Assembly: GCA_021162365.1 (NCBI GenBank)
Contig: JAGGYW010000014.1
Span: 2,518-66,517, forward strand
Origin: Nanobdellota archaeon
GTDB taxonomy: Archaea > Nanobdellota > Nanobdellia > CSSed11-243R1
Length of the DNA stretch: 64,000 nucleotides
Reading direction: 5' to 3'
How positions within the stretch are numbered: position 1 is the stretch's first letter; each line of letters begins with the position of its first letter. A program made the position numbers and the translations under genes. Below are positions 50,208 through 60,354 of the stretch, in pieces. The notes below the pieces were generated by a model. It was not told the origin of the DNA, made no database searches, and was given only the letters and a program-made list of their open reading frames with translations.

Positions 50208-50858
50208 ATGGGTTTACTAAAAAGAAGTGCGTTAAAAGTAAGATATGGTGCTGGACACCTTAAAGCAAGAGCTGCAAAAAAAATAGGTGGAAAATTCGCA
50301 AAGGTGGAAAAAACGGTTTTATCAAAATTAGGAAATGAGGTCGCACTGATAAGAAAAAGCGCTGCAGATCTACTTAAAGAATTTAATTTTCAAAAAGAAA
50401 AACAGTTCCTCCTACGCAAGCTTATAGAAGAAGTCAAAAAAGAAAGTAAGCAATTAGAGGAGTTAAGAGTAACTATCCTAAAAGAAGAAAAACTCTTACC
50501 GTACGTACGAGCAGTACAATCCGAAATGATCATGGGGAAAAACGCGGACCCCGCAGTTGTGCTTAAAAAAGAGAGACAGGTAGAATCAACATTACATGCG
50601 CTTATTCAAATGGCACACCGTGAAACGAGTGAAGGTTATATGTACAGAAACACATTAATAAGCCAAAAAAGAGCACTTGAAGCACTACTTAAAATAGTCG
50701 AAGATCAAATAAAGTGGTTGGGTATATCACAGAAACAAATTAGTAGAGCCACAACGCTAGATAAAGAACTTGAAAAAGCGACAAAGAATGCAAAGCGTCT
50801 TGTTGGAAGGGAAGCAAAAGAGCTACTGAAAGCCCAGCATAGTAGGCTTGGAATATAA
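50208..50858 (+). CDS. Hypothetical coiled-coil protein
   Basis: ATG 50208 with SD GAGGTGA; all-helical charged sequence. Confidence 0.6.
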   Translation: MGLLKRSALKVRYGAGHLKARAAKKIGGKFAKVEKTVLSKLGNEVALIRKSAADLLKEFNFQKEKQFLLRKLIEEVKKESKQLEELRVTILKEEKLLPYVRAVQSEMIMGKNADPAVVLKKERQVESTLHALIQMAHRETSEGYMYRNTLISQKRALEALLKIVEDQIKWLGISQKQISRATTLDKELEKATKNAKRLVGREAKELLKAQHSRLGI

Positions 50859-50878
50859 TCTTTCTTTTTTATTCAATT

Positions 50879-51421
50879 ATGATCCTCATCCTTACTGGAA
50901 CACCTGGCGTTGGGAAGTCTACAGTTGCAAAACATTTAGCTAAAAAAATTAATGCTGAAGTTTTGGATTTAGAAAAAATTGCAAAAAAAGAAAAAATTGT
51001 AAAAGGGTACGACAGGAAGGCGCGTTCTTATGTGATTAATGAAACAAAACTAACAAAAGCAATCAAAAAGTATGTTACAAAAGATGAAAACTACATAATT
51101 CCAAATCATATTGCTCAATTTATTTCTCCAAAAATAGTTGACATATGTGTCGTATTGAGGTATGATCCAAAAAAACTTGCTTCTAGATTAAAAAGAAGAG
51201 GATATCATAAAAGCAAAATAAATGAAAATGTTGAAGCAGAAATTCTAGATACATGCCTAATTGAAGCCCTACAAAACAAACAGAAGGTTCATGAGATAGA
51301 CACAACTGGAAAGAAAGTTAAAGAGATCGTGAATGAAATTTTAGACATAATTAACAAAAAAAAGAAACCAAAATATGGAAAAGTTAAATGGCTCCCAAAA
51401 TATGAAAATCTACTAAAATGA
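50879..51421 (+). CDS. Adenylate kinase AK6/Fap7 family
   Basis: LTGTPGVGKST, RLKRRGY..KINENVEAE, EIDTT. Confidence 0.88.
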   Translation: MILILTGTPGVGKSTVAKHLAKKINAEVLDLEKIAKKEKIVKGYDRKARSYVINETKLTKAIKKYVTKDENYIIPNHIAQFISPKIVDICVVLRYDPKKLASRLKRRGYHKSKINENVEAEILDTCLIEALQNKQKVHEIDTTGKKVKEIVNEILDIINKKKKPKYGKVKWLPKYENLLK

Positions 51422-52566
51422 ATTTTGTAATTTCAATTTTAATTGGAATTGCACTTGGATTCATTTCCGGAGTTGTGCCGGGACTGCACCCAAACTTCAT
51501 TGGTGCTTTACTAATTTCTCAGTTTAGCGACTGGTGGATTCTCCCAATGTTTGTTTCAATGCTTGTTTCCTCCCAATTCTTTGAGGTAATCCGTTCAACC
51601 TTTCTTTTTGTACCAGAAGAGAGCAATATTCTTGCCATGCATCCAATATTCAAGTTTGTAAATGAAGGAAAATCTCTCGTAGCAATCAAACTCATAACTC
51701 TTGGAACTCTTGCTTCACTCCTCGTTGGGGTTATACTTTCCCCTATTCTAATCAAAGCCGTGCCTTTTGTTTATCAATACCTAAAGATATATGTGCCCTA
51801 CCTACTCTTAGCATTAATGGCAATGTTAATTCTGAAGGACAAACATCCAATCCACGCGATAATAATCTTTTCAATCTCTGGAATTATCGGATATTTTGGA
51901 TTAAAGTCGTTGAGTCAGCCATTATTGATTTTACTTACTGGCTTCTTTGGACTCCCAATCTTAATTAACATAAAGCAAAAGATGCCAAAACAGCTTAAGT
52001 CAGACAAAGTTGTAATTAAAAAGAAAAATATCTTAAATGGTTTGACTTCTGCGCTTGCATCCTCTCTCCTACTTACATTCCTTCCTGCAGTTGGTCCAGC
52101 GCAAGCATCTCTATTCTCAAGATGGATATTAAAAAAGAAAGAGGAATTCTTAATCTCAATTGGCGCAATTTCTGGGTTTGACATAATTTTTTCAACAGTT
52201 CTTCTATTCACAATTGGAAAAGCGAGAATCGGGGTTCTTGAAATGCTTGGACAAAAATTCAGCTTTAACTTGGATGTATTCATATTGATTTTGTTACTTT
52301 CTATTGCTGTTGGGACAATAGCATATATACTAACTGCAAGAATTGGAAAATTGCTCGCCAAAGCAGAAGATAAAATCAACTATGATATTGTAAAAGTGGC
52401 AGTTGTTATCCTAATAATCTCTGTTACAATTTACTTTGATGGTGCGCCCGGATTGCTCTTCCTGGCAGCTGCAACGCTAACTGGCATTCTAACAAGTAAA
52501 TTGAAAACAAATATGTCAAATTGCATGGGTTCCCTCGTAATTCCGACACTGATTTATTACCTATAG
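51418..52566 (+). CDS. TctA/DUF112 family membrane protein
   Basis: GFISGVVPGLHPN motif; many TMs. Confidence 0.8.
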   Translation: MNFVISILIGIALGFISGVVPGLHPNFIGALLISQFSDWWILPMFVSMLVSSQFFEVIRSTFLFVPEESNILAMHPIFKFVNEGKSLVAIKLITLGTLASLLVGVILSPILIKAVPFVYQYLKIYVPYLLLALMAMLILKDKHPIHAIIIFSISGIIGYFGLKSLSQPLLILLTGFFGLPILINIKQKMPKQLKSDKVVIKKKNILNGLTSALASSLLLTFLPAVGPAQASLFSRWILKKKEEFLISIGAISGFDIIFSTVLLFTIGKARIGVLEMLGQKFSFNLDVFILILLLSIAVGTIAYILTARIGKLLAKAEDKINYDIVKVAVVILIISVTIYFDGAPGLLFLAAATLTGILTSKLKTNMSNCMGSLVIPTLIYYL

Positions 52567-53322
52567 CCACTTACGAAGCCAGTTTCTTGTCGCAAGAATT
52601 ACTTTCTTTGCCTTTTCCTTATCAAGATAATCGTGGTCTACGCCTTCAACAATTACAAGTTTGTTTTTTGGATTCGGAAAGAACTTAAACATTTTCAGAT
52701 TTTCCTCACGATTGCAGACCTCCTTGTCTTCGCTCGCAATAAACGAGAGAACAGGACAATCGACAGTTTCAATAAAAGGAATCATGTTAAGGCTTCCCCA
52801 TTCTTTAAACAAGTTGTACCCGACCCTTACTTTTTTCTTATCAATTTTTCTTTCTCTTACAATAAATTTACTTATTTTTAGCTCCTCTTCAAACTTTTTG
52901 TATCTCTCATATTGAATTTTTGGATTTAAAAGCGGGCTCCACAAAACAAGTGTCTTTATTTTTGAATCATAAGCAATTATCGAGACTGTGGCACCCATAG
53001 AAAACCCAATTAATCCTATTTTCTTGTAGCCAAGTTTCTCAACAAACTCAATTGCAGCTTTTAAATCTTCAACTTCGCTTGAAATTGTTGCATCCTTATA
53101 ATCTCCTTCGCTTTCTCCGCATCCAGCAAAGTCGAATCGTAGGACCGCAATTTTGTTCATAGAAAGAAATTCGGCTGCCGCCTCAATTATTGGTTGGTAA
53201 TCTTTATCGCCTTTGAATGTGTGTGCTATAATCATTACTTTGTCAGTTTTTTCTTTTGGCTCATGTAAAATCCCAACAATCTTCTCTCCTTTTTTATTTT
53301 GAAATTCTACCTTTCTTTGCAT
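52561..53322 (-). CDS. Alpha/beta hydrolase
   Basis: RFDFAGCGESEG, GFSMG nucleophile elbow, EGVDH. Confidence 0.88.
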   Translation of the reverse strand: MQRKVEFQNKKGEKIVGILHEPKEKTDKVMIIAHTFKGDKDYQPIIEAAAEFLSMNKIAVLRFDFAGCGESEGDYKDATISSEVEDLKAAIEFVEKLGYKKIGLIGFSMGATVSIIAYDSKIKTLVLWSPLLNPKIQYERYKKFEEELKISKFIVRERKIDKKKVRVGYNLFKEWGSLNMIPFIETVDCPVLSFIASEDKEVCNREENLKMFKFFPNPKNKLVIVEGVDHDYLDKEKAKKVILATRNWLRKWL

Positions 53323-53385
53323 TTTAATTATAAAAACTTGAAATTTTAATAATGTTTTTATAGAAACAATATCTTATCAAACTAC

Positions 53386-53736
53386 ATGGACGACAAACTA
53401 AAAAAGATGTTAGAAACAAAAGGAATAGCTTTAGTAAGCATAAATAAAGACGGTTCTCCTCACCTAATCGCTGTTGCATATGCAAAAGTAGTTGATGATA
53501 AAATTATAATCACCGACAATTTCATGAAAACGACAAATGAAAACATAAAGAGACACCCAATGATATTGCTTGCTGTTTGGAATGATGAATTTGAAGGGTA
53601 TCGCATAGAAGGAACTGCTGAATATTACAACGATGGAAAATGGTTAGAGTTTGTAAAAAGTTTAAAAGAAAACGATGGTTTGCCTGCAAAAGGTGCTATT
53701 GTGGTTACACCTAAGAAGATTGTAAGGCTTTCCTAA
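53386..53736 (+). CDS. Pyridoxamine 5'-phosphate oxidase-like FMN-binding protein
   Basis: DGSPH, DNFMKTT.ENI, GYRIEGTA motifs. Confidence 0.8.
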   Translation: MDDKLKKMLETKGIALVSINKDGSPHLIAVAYAKVVDDKIIITDNFMKTTNENIKRHPMILLAVWNDEFEGYRIEGTAEYYNDGKWLEFVKSLKENDGLPAKGAIVVTPKKIVRLS

Positions 53737-54496
53737 TTTCTTTCATTATTTTATTATGTATCTTTCCATTACTGGCAATTATGTTCTTGTGTTTGAAAAG
53801 TTTGAACTCTTCACCCTTGAAGTTTGTTACTTTCCCTCCAGCTTCTCTTACGATTAAACTTCCTGCCGCAACATCCCATGGCGAATTAAAGTCAACCATA
53901 AAATAAACAGGTGTTCTTCCTGCCGCCACAAAACATAGCTCAAGCTCAGCTGCGCCTTGCTGTCTCAACGCCAGAACTTTGGGGCGAAGATGAGTAAATA
54001 TCCTTGAAATCTTTTTTATCGCTTTATCTGACAAGCCATTGCAAAACTGAACAAATGACTTTCTTAAATCAGAAACACTTGAAACATGAATCTTTTTGCC
54101 ATTTAATTTAGCACCTTTCCCTTTTTCTGCATAATAAAATTCATCATGAAATGGTGCATAAACTCCGGCATGAGTAACTTCTCCCCCTTCAACTAATGCA
54201 ATTGCAACATTAAAGAAAGGGTTTCTTATTGCATAATTTTTTGTTCCATCAAGTGGGTCTACAACCCAAATTCTATCTGCCTTTCCATGCATACCTGTTT
54301 CTTCGCCAAGAATTGCGTCATTCGGAAAATGTTTTTTAATTTTGGAGACGATAAACTTCTCAGATAGCTTGTCTGCTTCTGTAACTATGTCTCCCCTACC
54401 CTTTGGATCGATGTGTTTTAGCTTTCCAAAGTGCTTCATTAGAATCTTACCTGCTCCTTTTGAAGTTTGTTCTATAAACTTTTCAATGCTCTTCAT
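53711..54496 (-). CDS. suhB: Inositol monophosphatase family protein
   Basis: VTEAD, GEE, WVVDPLDGTKNY, WDVAAG..IVREAGG. Confidence 0.88.
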   Translation of the reverse strand: MKSIEKFIEQTSKGAGKILMKHFGKLKHIDPKGRGDIVTEADKLSEKFIVSKIKKHFPNDAILGEETGMHGKADRIWVVDPLDGTKNYAIRNPFFNVAIALVEGGEVTHAGVYAPFHDEFYYAEKGKGAKLNGKKIHVSSVSDLRKSFVQFCNGLSDKAIKKISRIFTHLRPKVLALRQQGAAELELCFVAAGRTPVYFMVDFNSPWDVAAGSLIVREAGGKVTNFKGEEFKLFKHKNIIASNGKIHNKIMKEIRKALQSS

Positions 54497-54932
54497 AAAC
54501 CCCACCTTTTAGGTAGTTTTCAATTATCTTCCTTGACGCGAAGAATAAGTTTTCAGGTAAGTTATTGATATCAAACCACCTCCACTCAGTTATTTCATCT
54601 GGTTCCATAACTTTTGGCTCCCCAACAAAATCTTTACAAAGAAAACCAATTGTTACAAAATGAGCGTGCTCATTAATATCATCCGCAACACTAATTAGCT
54701 TTAAAGAATTCACTTTGATACTTGTCTCTTCCTCTACCTCCCTCTTTGCACATTCCAAAAGCTTTTCCCTAAGTTCAACCTTTCCACCTGGTAATGTCCA
54801 AGTTCCTTCTCCATGAAGTTCTGAATCTGCTTTCTCAGGGTCTGTGTTCCTCAACCCAAGAAGAATCTTATTATCATTATTTATCATCAAAACTCCTACA
54901 CCAATTCCTACAAAATCCACGCCGGGTTTCAT
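54483..54932 (-). CDS. NUDIX hydrolase
   Basis: WTLPGG, AKREVEEET, MEPDEITEWRWF. Confidence 0.88.
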   Translation of the reverse strand: MKPGVDFVGIGVGVLMINNDNKILLGLRNTDPEKADSELHGEGTWTLPGGKVELREKLLECAKREVEEETSIKVNSLKLISVADDINEHAHFVTIGFLCKDFVGEPKVMEPDEITEWRWFDINNLPENLFFASRKIIENYLKGGVYEEH

Positions 54933-55444
54933 TCGAACACCTCCCTACTGATAAAAGGACATAGCGCCATATAAATCCCGTGCTTATACAACTCTTTTCG
55001 AGTTACTCTACCTTTTGTGAAGACTCCTATTGCCCCTTGCTTCTTCTTAACATCCTTTTCACCAATCATTTCATCCATCACGGTACCTAATTCCTTTCCC
55101 TTTCTTATCTCAGCTAGAACTTTTTCAGGACATTCAAACCACCCAGAAGTGCCAGTACCAATTTTTCCACTCTTATCCATAATAACAACAAAGCCAAGAT
55201 TGTAGTACTTCCCACCAAGTTTGATTATGCCTCCTTCAATTCCAACAGAAAAATCAACGCCTGCTGCCATAGCATTTCTTGCTCTATTTAGTGCTCCAAG
55301 GATAACTTCCTCATTAAATGGCTGCGGAGGAACATTACTTTCTATCGGCTTCCCTGTTATATGTACATCTCCAAAAACCTCACTAAAAACTTCTTTCACT
55401 GCATCAACCTTCACGGGGTTTGTAGATGCAACCACAACTCTCAT
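54929..55444 (-). CDS. yjjX: Inosine/xanthosine triphosphatase (DUF84)
   Basis: STNPVKV, QP, GALNRA, VGIEGG, ELG, GAIGVFT.G. Confidence 0.9.
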   Translation of the reverse strand: MRVVVASTNPVKVDAVKEVFSEVFGDVHITGKPIESNVPPQPFNEEVILGALNRARNAMAAGVDFSVGIEGGIIKLGGKYYNLGFVVIMDKSGKIGTGTSGWFECPEKVLAEIRKGKELGTVMDEMIGEKDVKKKQGAIGVFTKGRVTRKELYKHGIYMALCPFISREVFE

Positions 55445-55445
55445 T

Positions 55446-58400
55446 TCAACCACCAAAAAATTCAGTTAATCCTTTTTGTTTTGTTGGCTCTTTTCCAAAG
55501 ACAGATTCAACTCTCCTCTTTAGGATCTCAAGAGATTGTTTCAAATACTCGGGCAAGGAGTACTTTTCAGCTAAATTCAAAGAAGGTTCTAAATATTTTG
55601 AAACTGTTCCTTCGGAAACTGTCAACACAAGTTTACCACCACATTTAGTGCATTTCCCACTCAAAGGAATCCTTCTATACTTTTCATTGCACTTTATACA
55701 TCTAACTTCCTGACGCGTAAACTTTCTTAAATTTCCTTTAATATCTTTTAAGAAATGTTTCTCAATAACAATCCTTGCAACATCAGCCTTATCAACCGCT
55801 TTTATCTTATCTGCAAGTTCCATCTGGCGCTTAACTTTATCTGCAATGGTAGTAAGTGTCTTATACGCTGACACCCTATTTCCAACATTCATGTCAGAAA
55901 CATCATGGGTGAATTTGAATCCGTGATATTCCTCTGGCGTTCCAAGGGTATGTTCGACCTGTTTGATTTTAACATCGTATGGAGACATCCATTTCTGGGT
56001 TGCCTCATAAAACTCAATTGGGTATTCATCCACAATGTCCATATTGTAAACTTCGTCATCTACTTCTTCCGGTATCAATCTTGTTGTTAGAACTAATGGT
56101 GCGTCCATATGCCTACTTCCACGAGCATCTGGTAGATACTGGCGAGAGAAGTTAAGGAGTGCGTCCATTAACAACATAAATCCTAATTCATCCCCATCAC
56201 AATTCCTTCTGACAGCAGAATGAAAGTATGGATGAGCGAAAAAACATTGTGTTTTAGAGAAGCCAATTATTCTTCCAACCATACCTGCTGATGTGTGCGG
56301 TGCAAGTGCAATAATTAATTTGCCGACCATATCTTTTGGTGAAGATATATTGTAATACCTGTCAAGCTTGTAATGTTTTTCTAACAAATCATCAACAAAT
56401 GCGGCAGTATTATAAACCATTTGCAAAGCAGTGGTGTCCTGCCAGTCCTCACAATCGGGAAGTATAACATCTTGTGGGAAAAGTTCTAAAATTTGATTTG
56501 GATTTTCAAGAGGCTTCCCGTAAATGTCGTGAGTGTATCCCAATTCCTTTAGCTTCTCTACGCTTGTTCCAATCTCTTTTGGCCTAAAATGTGTAATTGG
56601 TGTCTCAATTGCATCATACCTAATAGTTCCGTCTTTGTTAACATAAACATTGTGTAATGCTCGCAAGATTCCTTTCTCAATTGGCTCAGGTATTCTTAAT
56701 TTATTAGAAGTGCCCCTGACACCTTTAACAAGCGGAGGTAATGAAACCCCTAAGTTAGTTAATGCATTATCTACATATGCCTTTACATCTATCTTCTGCT
56801 TTGTAAAGAAAACTGTTCTGATTCCACAATGCATTTCCTTATCTGTTTCCTTCCCACACCGCACACAAAAACGAAGTGGCTCCAGCCTTGCACCACACTT
56901 GGGACACTTAGGGTATATATTTGTGACTCCACACTTTTCGCATCTAAATTGTGGGAATTGGGACTCAACATACCCAACTTCTAATGCAGCATTTAAACTC
57001 CTCATCCTACCCCCTTGGGAGGATACCGGAAATAACACATGTGGGCTCCCCTTCATCTTTCTTAGCTTTGCTTTCTCGGGCCGGCCAAGGCGAGCACCCA
57101 CATATATTCCAACTCTATCCCTTACTTTCACTTTGGATAGAGAATTCACAACATCAAGAGGCGTTTCAAAAGTTTTATTATCTAATTCTGGCCAAACTCC
57201 ATCAGGGAGATATCCAAATGAATAAAGTAACCCTATTGCATCGCTTCCCTCTATTAAAATTCCTTCATCCGTAAGTTTATGTGGCAAATAAATTTCTTCC
57301 AACGTTTTTTTAATAGACTTATTATGTGAAAGGACAATCTTATCTCCATCTATCTTCGACTGCTTTAGCGAATTAAATAAATCAATTATTTCTTCTGGCG
57401 TTGAATTATTAAAGAAGAAAGTCAAACTTGAATGAAGAGGAATGTTGTATTTAATTGAAATCTCTGCAAGAGCTTTTGGATCTAATTCCGAGATATCTTC
57501 CTTTCCACCAGCATTCCTGAATTCTTGAATCCACCACTCTTCAACATACGGACTTGGAACAAGTATATGATTGTTCCTCGTAAATTCACCATACGCAACA
57601 AGAATGTCCCCCAAGAACAAAATCTCTTTAATCCTATTTTTGTATTTGTAAAAATCCTCAAGAGTATTTATTTTAACAACACTCTCATCATTTAACTTTA
57701 CAACAGGTCCATCTATTGTATCGCAAGGAGTAGCAGCACATGCTTTTCCGGGTCTCTCCAACCTTAACTGACTACCTGTTGCAATAAAATCCCCAAGAAC
57801 ATGCATAGTTGCTGGATTAAAACTTGCTGCAGCAAGGCCGCTTAAACGAGAACGCCCGTATCTTAATCTAAACCCTCCCTTTCTCATTGGATAAGAAAAA
57901 ACAGGTCTACCTGCAACAGTCTCCTGAATGTAAATATCGTTTGGTTGGATTGTTTTTGACTCAACCTTTGATCCTGCATGTATCTTTGTCTTTAGCTCAA
58001 CATATTCTTTTAGGAAAGTCCAATCAGACAAATCAAAATCTTTACCCCATTTCTCAACTCTCTTCAAAAGTTTTGGTGCCTTCTGGGCAAGGCCCTCACA
58101 AAGAACTAAACACATCCCTCCACGAATTTTTGGAGTGCCTACTCTTGGCAAATCTTTGTAGATTAAAACTTCTCTATCAGATGTGGGGTCTCCATTAATT
58201 TCAATCGGTAAGTGTTTCAAAAGAAAGTCAAGCTCTTCAGGTGTTGGGAAATATTGAAGACGGGCAACCGAATGATGATATGCTTCCACTTCAACCTTTG
58301 TTCTTTCTATTTCCTCTTTTGTTATATCAAACGGTTCAAGCCCAAACTTGCGACGTAGATAGTCAGCAATCAATAGAGTAACTGCTGCAGCAGTACCTCC

Positions 58401-58859
58401 AGCAGCTCTTATTGGTCCAGCAAAATAGCAGGAAGCATACTTCTTACCATCCATCCTTTCTTTTATTTTAAATTCTATGAATCCTTCAAGAGGTGCAGAA
58501 ACAACACCCATAGTGATGTAAGCAAGTCCGACCCTAATCCCAACTTCCATCGCTTCCCTTTGATCTTTGAATTTGCAGAACTTCTCCCTTGCAACTTCTT
58601 CCGCAATTGTGAGAGCAACTCTCCAGTCCCCACTACCAAACTTTTTATCTAACTCCTCCAATCTCTTAGCAATCCCAGACCCAACTATTTGAGGGGCCAA
58701 AGCACCTACAAGCCCTTCAACTCTTTCAAAAAGATTTTTTGCAAGAGGGATATCTACATAATCCTCGGGGTCGCTACCTATCTTGCGTGCTTCGCTAGCA
58801 ATTTCGTATGCTCTTTTTACTTCTTTTTCAATTGACTCAAAATAATGTTGTATGTTCAT
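55446..58859 (-). CDS. polC: DNA polymerase D large subunit DP2 (no intein)
   Basis: FAGPIRAAGGT, GFRLRYGRSR, Zn fingers, RRNCDGDE, C-terminal PIP box QKGLTEFF. Confidence 0.96.
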   Translation of the reverse strand: MNIQHYFESIEKEVKRAYEIASEARKIGSDPEDYVDIPLAKNLFERVEGLVGALAPQIVGSGIAKRLEELDKKFGSGDWRVALTIAEEVAREKFCKFKDQREAMEVGIRVGLAYITMGVVSAPLEGFIEFKIKERMDGKKYASCYFAGPIRAAGGTAAAVTLLIADYLRRKFGLEPFDITKEEIERTKVEVEAYHHSVARLQYFPTPEELDFLLKHLPIEINGDPTSDREVLIYKDLPRVGTPKIRGGMCLVLCEGLAQKAPKLLKRVEKWGKDFDLSDWTFLKEYVELKTKIHAGSKVESKTIQPNDIYIQETVAGRPVFSYPMRKGGFRLRYGRSRLSGLAAASFNPATMHVLGDFIATGSQLRLERPGKACAATPCDTIDGPVVKLNDESVVKINTLEDFYKYKNRIKEILFLGDILVAYGEFTRNNHILVPSPYVEEWWIQEFRNAGGKEDISELDPKALAEISIKYNIPLHSSLTFFFNNSTPEEIIDLFNSLKQSKIDGDKIVLSHNKSIKKTLEEIYLPHKLTDEGILIEGSDAIGLLYSFGYLPDGVWPELDNKTFETPLDVVNSLSKVKVRDRVGIYVGARLGRPEKAKLRKMKGSPHVLFPVSSQGGRMRSLNAALEVGYVESQFPQFRCEKCGVTNIYPKCPKCGARLEPLRFCVRCGKETDKEMHCGIRTVFFTKQKIDVKAYVDNALTNLGVSLPPLVKGVRGTSNKLRIPEPIEKGILRALHNVYVNKDGTIRYDAIETPITHFRPKEIGTSVEKLKELGYTHDIYGKPLENPNQILELFPQDVILPDCEDWQDTTALQMVYNTAAFVDDLLEKHYKLDRYYNISSPKDMVGKLIIALAPHTSAGMVGRIIGFSKTQCFFAHPYFHSAVRRNCDGDELGFMLLMDALLNFSRQYLPDARGSRHMDAPLVLTTRLIPEEVDDEVYNMDIVDEYPIEFYEATQKWMSPYDVKIKQVEHTLGTPEEYHGFKFTHDVSDMNVGNRVSAYKTLTTIADKVKRQMELADKIKAVDKADVARIVIEKHFLKDIKGNLRKFTRQEVRCIKCNEKYRRIPLSGKCTKCGGKLVLTVSEGTVSKYLEPSLNLAEKYSLPEYLKQSLEILKRRVESVFGKEPTKQKGLTEFFGG

Positions 58860-60328
58860 CACAAAAACCTCATTACTTTAGTTTGATTTTCTTTTAAACT
58901 AAATATAGGAACTCTGCCCGGCGTTGGGTTATGACCAAGTTTTTCCTGGAAAGGGGTTTTCTTTTGGAAGCACCCAGTACCAATTGTTGTAATATTTTTA
59001 TACCTCCCAATTTTGGTATAGTGAATATGCCCGCTTGCAAAAACATCTACCGGGCTATCTATTACTAAAAAGTCGCGGGCCATTGGATTAATTAAGGTAG
59101 AACCATGTGATGGAGCAAGATGTCTCTTCCTCAAAAGGAACTCCATAATCTTATCCGCTCTTTCATATCCAAACTTCCTTAGGAAAGGAACATCGGAAAC
59201 TAATCTGTCAAACGACATTCCATGATATAATAAAATATCAAATCCAGGGAATCCATCAATTCCATGAATATTGACAACTGCAGGATTTGATGCCATAGTT
59301 ATGTTATTAATTTGATAAACTGGCCTTGCAATATCCTCAAACAAAACATGTTGCGGCTCTGCAAGCCGTAAGGCATCGTGGTTCCCAGGTATAACAATAA
59401 TTTGAATATCTTCCGGAATGTCTGCAAAGTATTTTGCGAACTCTTCATATTGGGAATAGATATCTTTTATCACCAACTCCTTCTCCTGCCCAGGGTAAAT
59501 ACCAACACCATCAACTAAATCTCCTATTACAAAAAGGTACTTCACTTTTTTCGCAACTTCTCTTTGTGCCTCAGAACCAACCTTTCCATTAAGCCACTTT
59601 ACAAACATGGAAAATTCCTTTGGCAGAAACATGTTGCTCCCTACATGAGTATCTGAAACAAATGCAGCATATACATCATCTTTTGACTTCTTGATAGGTC
59701 TATCTGGGACATCTGGGAAGAGTATTTTTGTAGGATAAATTACATTCTTTGATTTTGTGCCGATTACACCTATCACTTCATCCAAAACAATTTCGTCTGC
59801 TACCTTTACAACATCTTCGCTCTTTAATATGAGATTTATTTGCCCTGTGGGGTCTTCTATCTCTACTATGTGTGTACCTGTAAATGTCTTTCGTATATCC
59901 TTTACCATCCCTATTGTTGCTACCTCTTGCCTCCCAGTCATTTTTAAGATTCTGGAAATAGAAACAACATTTCTCAATTCAATTCTATTCCTAAGGAGAT
60001 TGCTTAATCTCTCAAACCTATCTAAATAGTATGTAAGCCAGTCGTTAATGTCTATTTTCTTGTTCGTCTGCCTATACATTTTTTTAAGTTTAACACTTGT
60101 ATCAACTTCACTTCTTCTGTCAACAGGCCGCTTTACAATATATTTTATTTCCAATTCTTTCTTCTGGGAACCTAAAAATTCAGAATACAATTCATTTGTT
60201 ACAAAAATAGGTTTTGGGTCCTTTGTCTTAAGAAATTTAAGGAAATCTTCTATGTGCTCTTCCTTTATTTCTAAGTCAGGGGACACCAGAAATCCTGCAT
60301 TGATTATTTTGGTTAGTTTACTTTCCAT
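58859..60328 (-). CDS. polB: DNA polymerase D small subunit DP1
   Basis: OB fold plus phosphoesterase motifs SDTHVGS, GDLVDG, PGNHD, YHG, GHIH. Confidence 0.95.
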   Translation of the reverse strand: MESKLTKIINAGFLVSPDLEIKEEHIEDFLKFLKTKDPKPIFVTNELYSEFLGSQKKELEIKYIVKRPVDRRSEVDTSVKLKKMYRQTNKKIDINDWLTYYLDRFERLSNLLRNRIELRNVVSISRILKMTGRQEVATIGMVKDIRKTFTGTHIVEIEDPTGQINLILKSEDVVKVADEIVLDEVIGVIGTKSKNVIYPTKILFPDVPDRPIKKSKDDVYAAFVSDTHVGSNMFLPKEFSMFVKWLNGKVGSEAQREVAKKVKYLFVIGDLVDGVGIYPGQEKELVIKDIYSQYEEFAKYFADIPEDIQIIVIPGNHDALRLAEPQHVLFEDIARPVYQINNITMASNPAVVNIHGIDGFPGFDILLYHGMSFDRLVSDVPFLRKFGYERADKIMEFLLRKRHLAPSHGSTLINPMARDFLVIDSPVDVFASGHIHYTKIGRYKNITTIGTGCFQKKTPFQEKLGHNPTPGRVPIFSLKENQTKVMRFL

Positions 60329-60354
60329 AACATTTACCCCCAAGGGGATTTTAA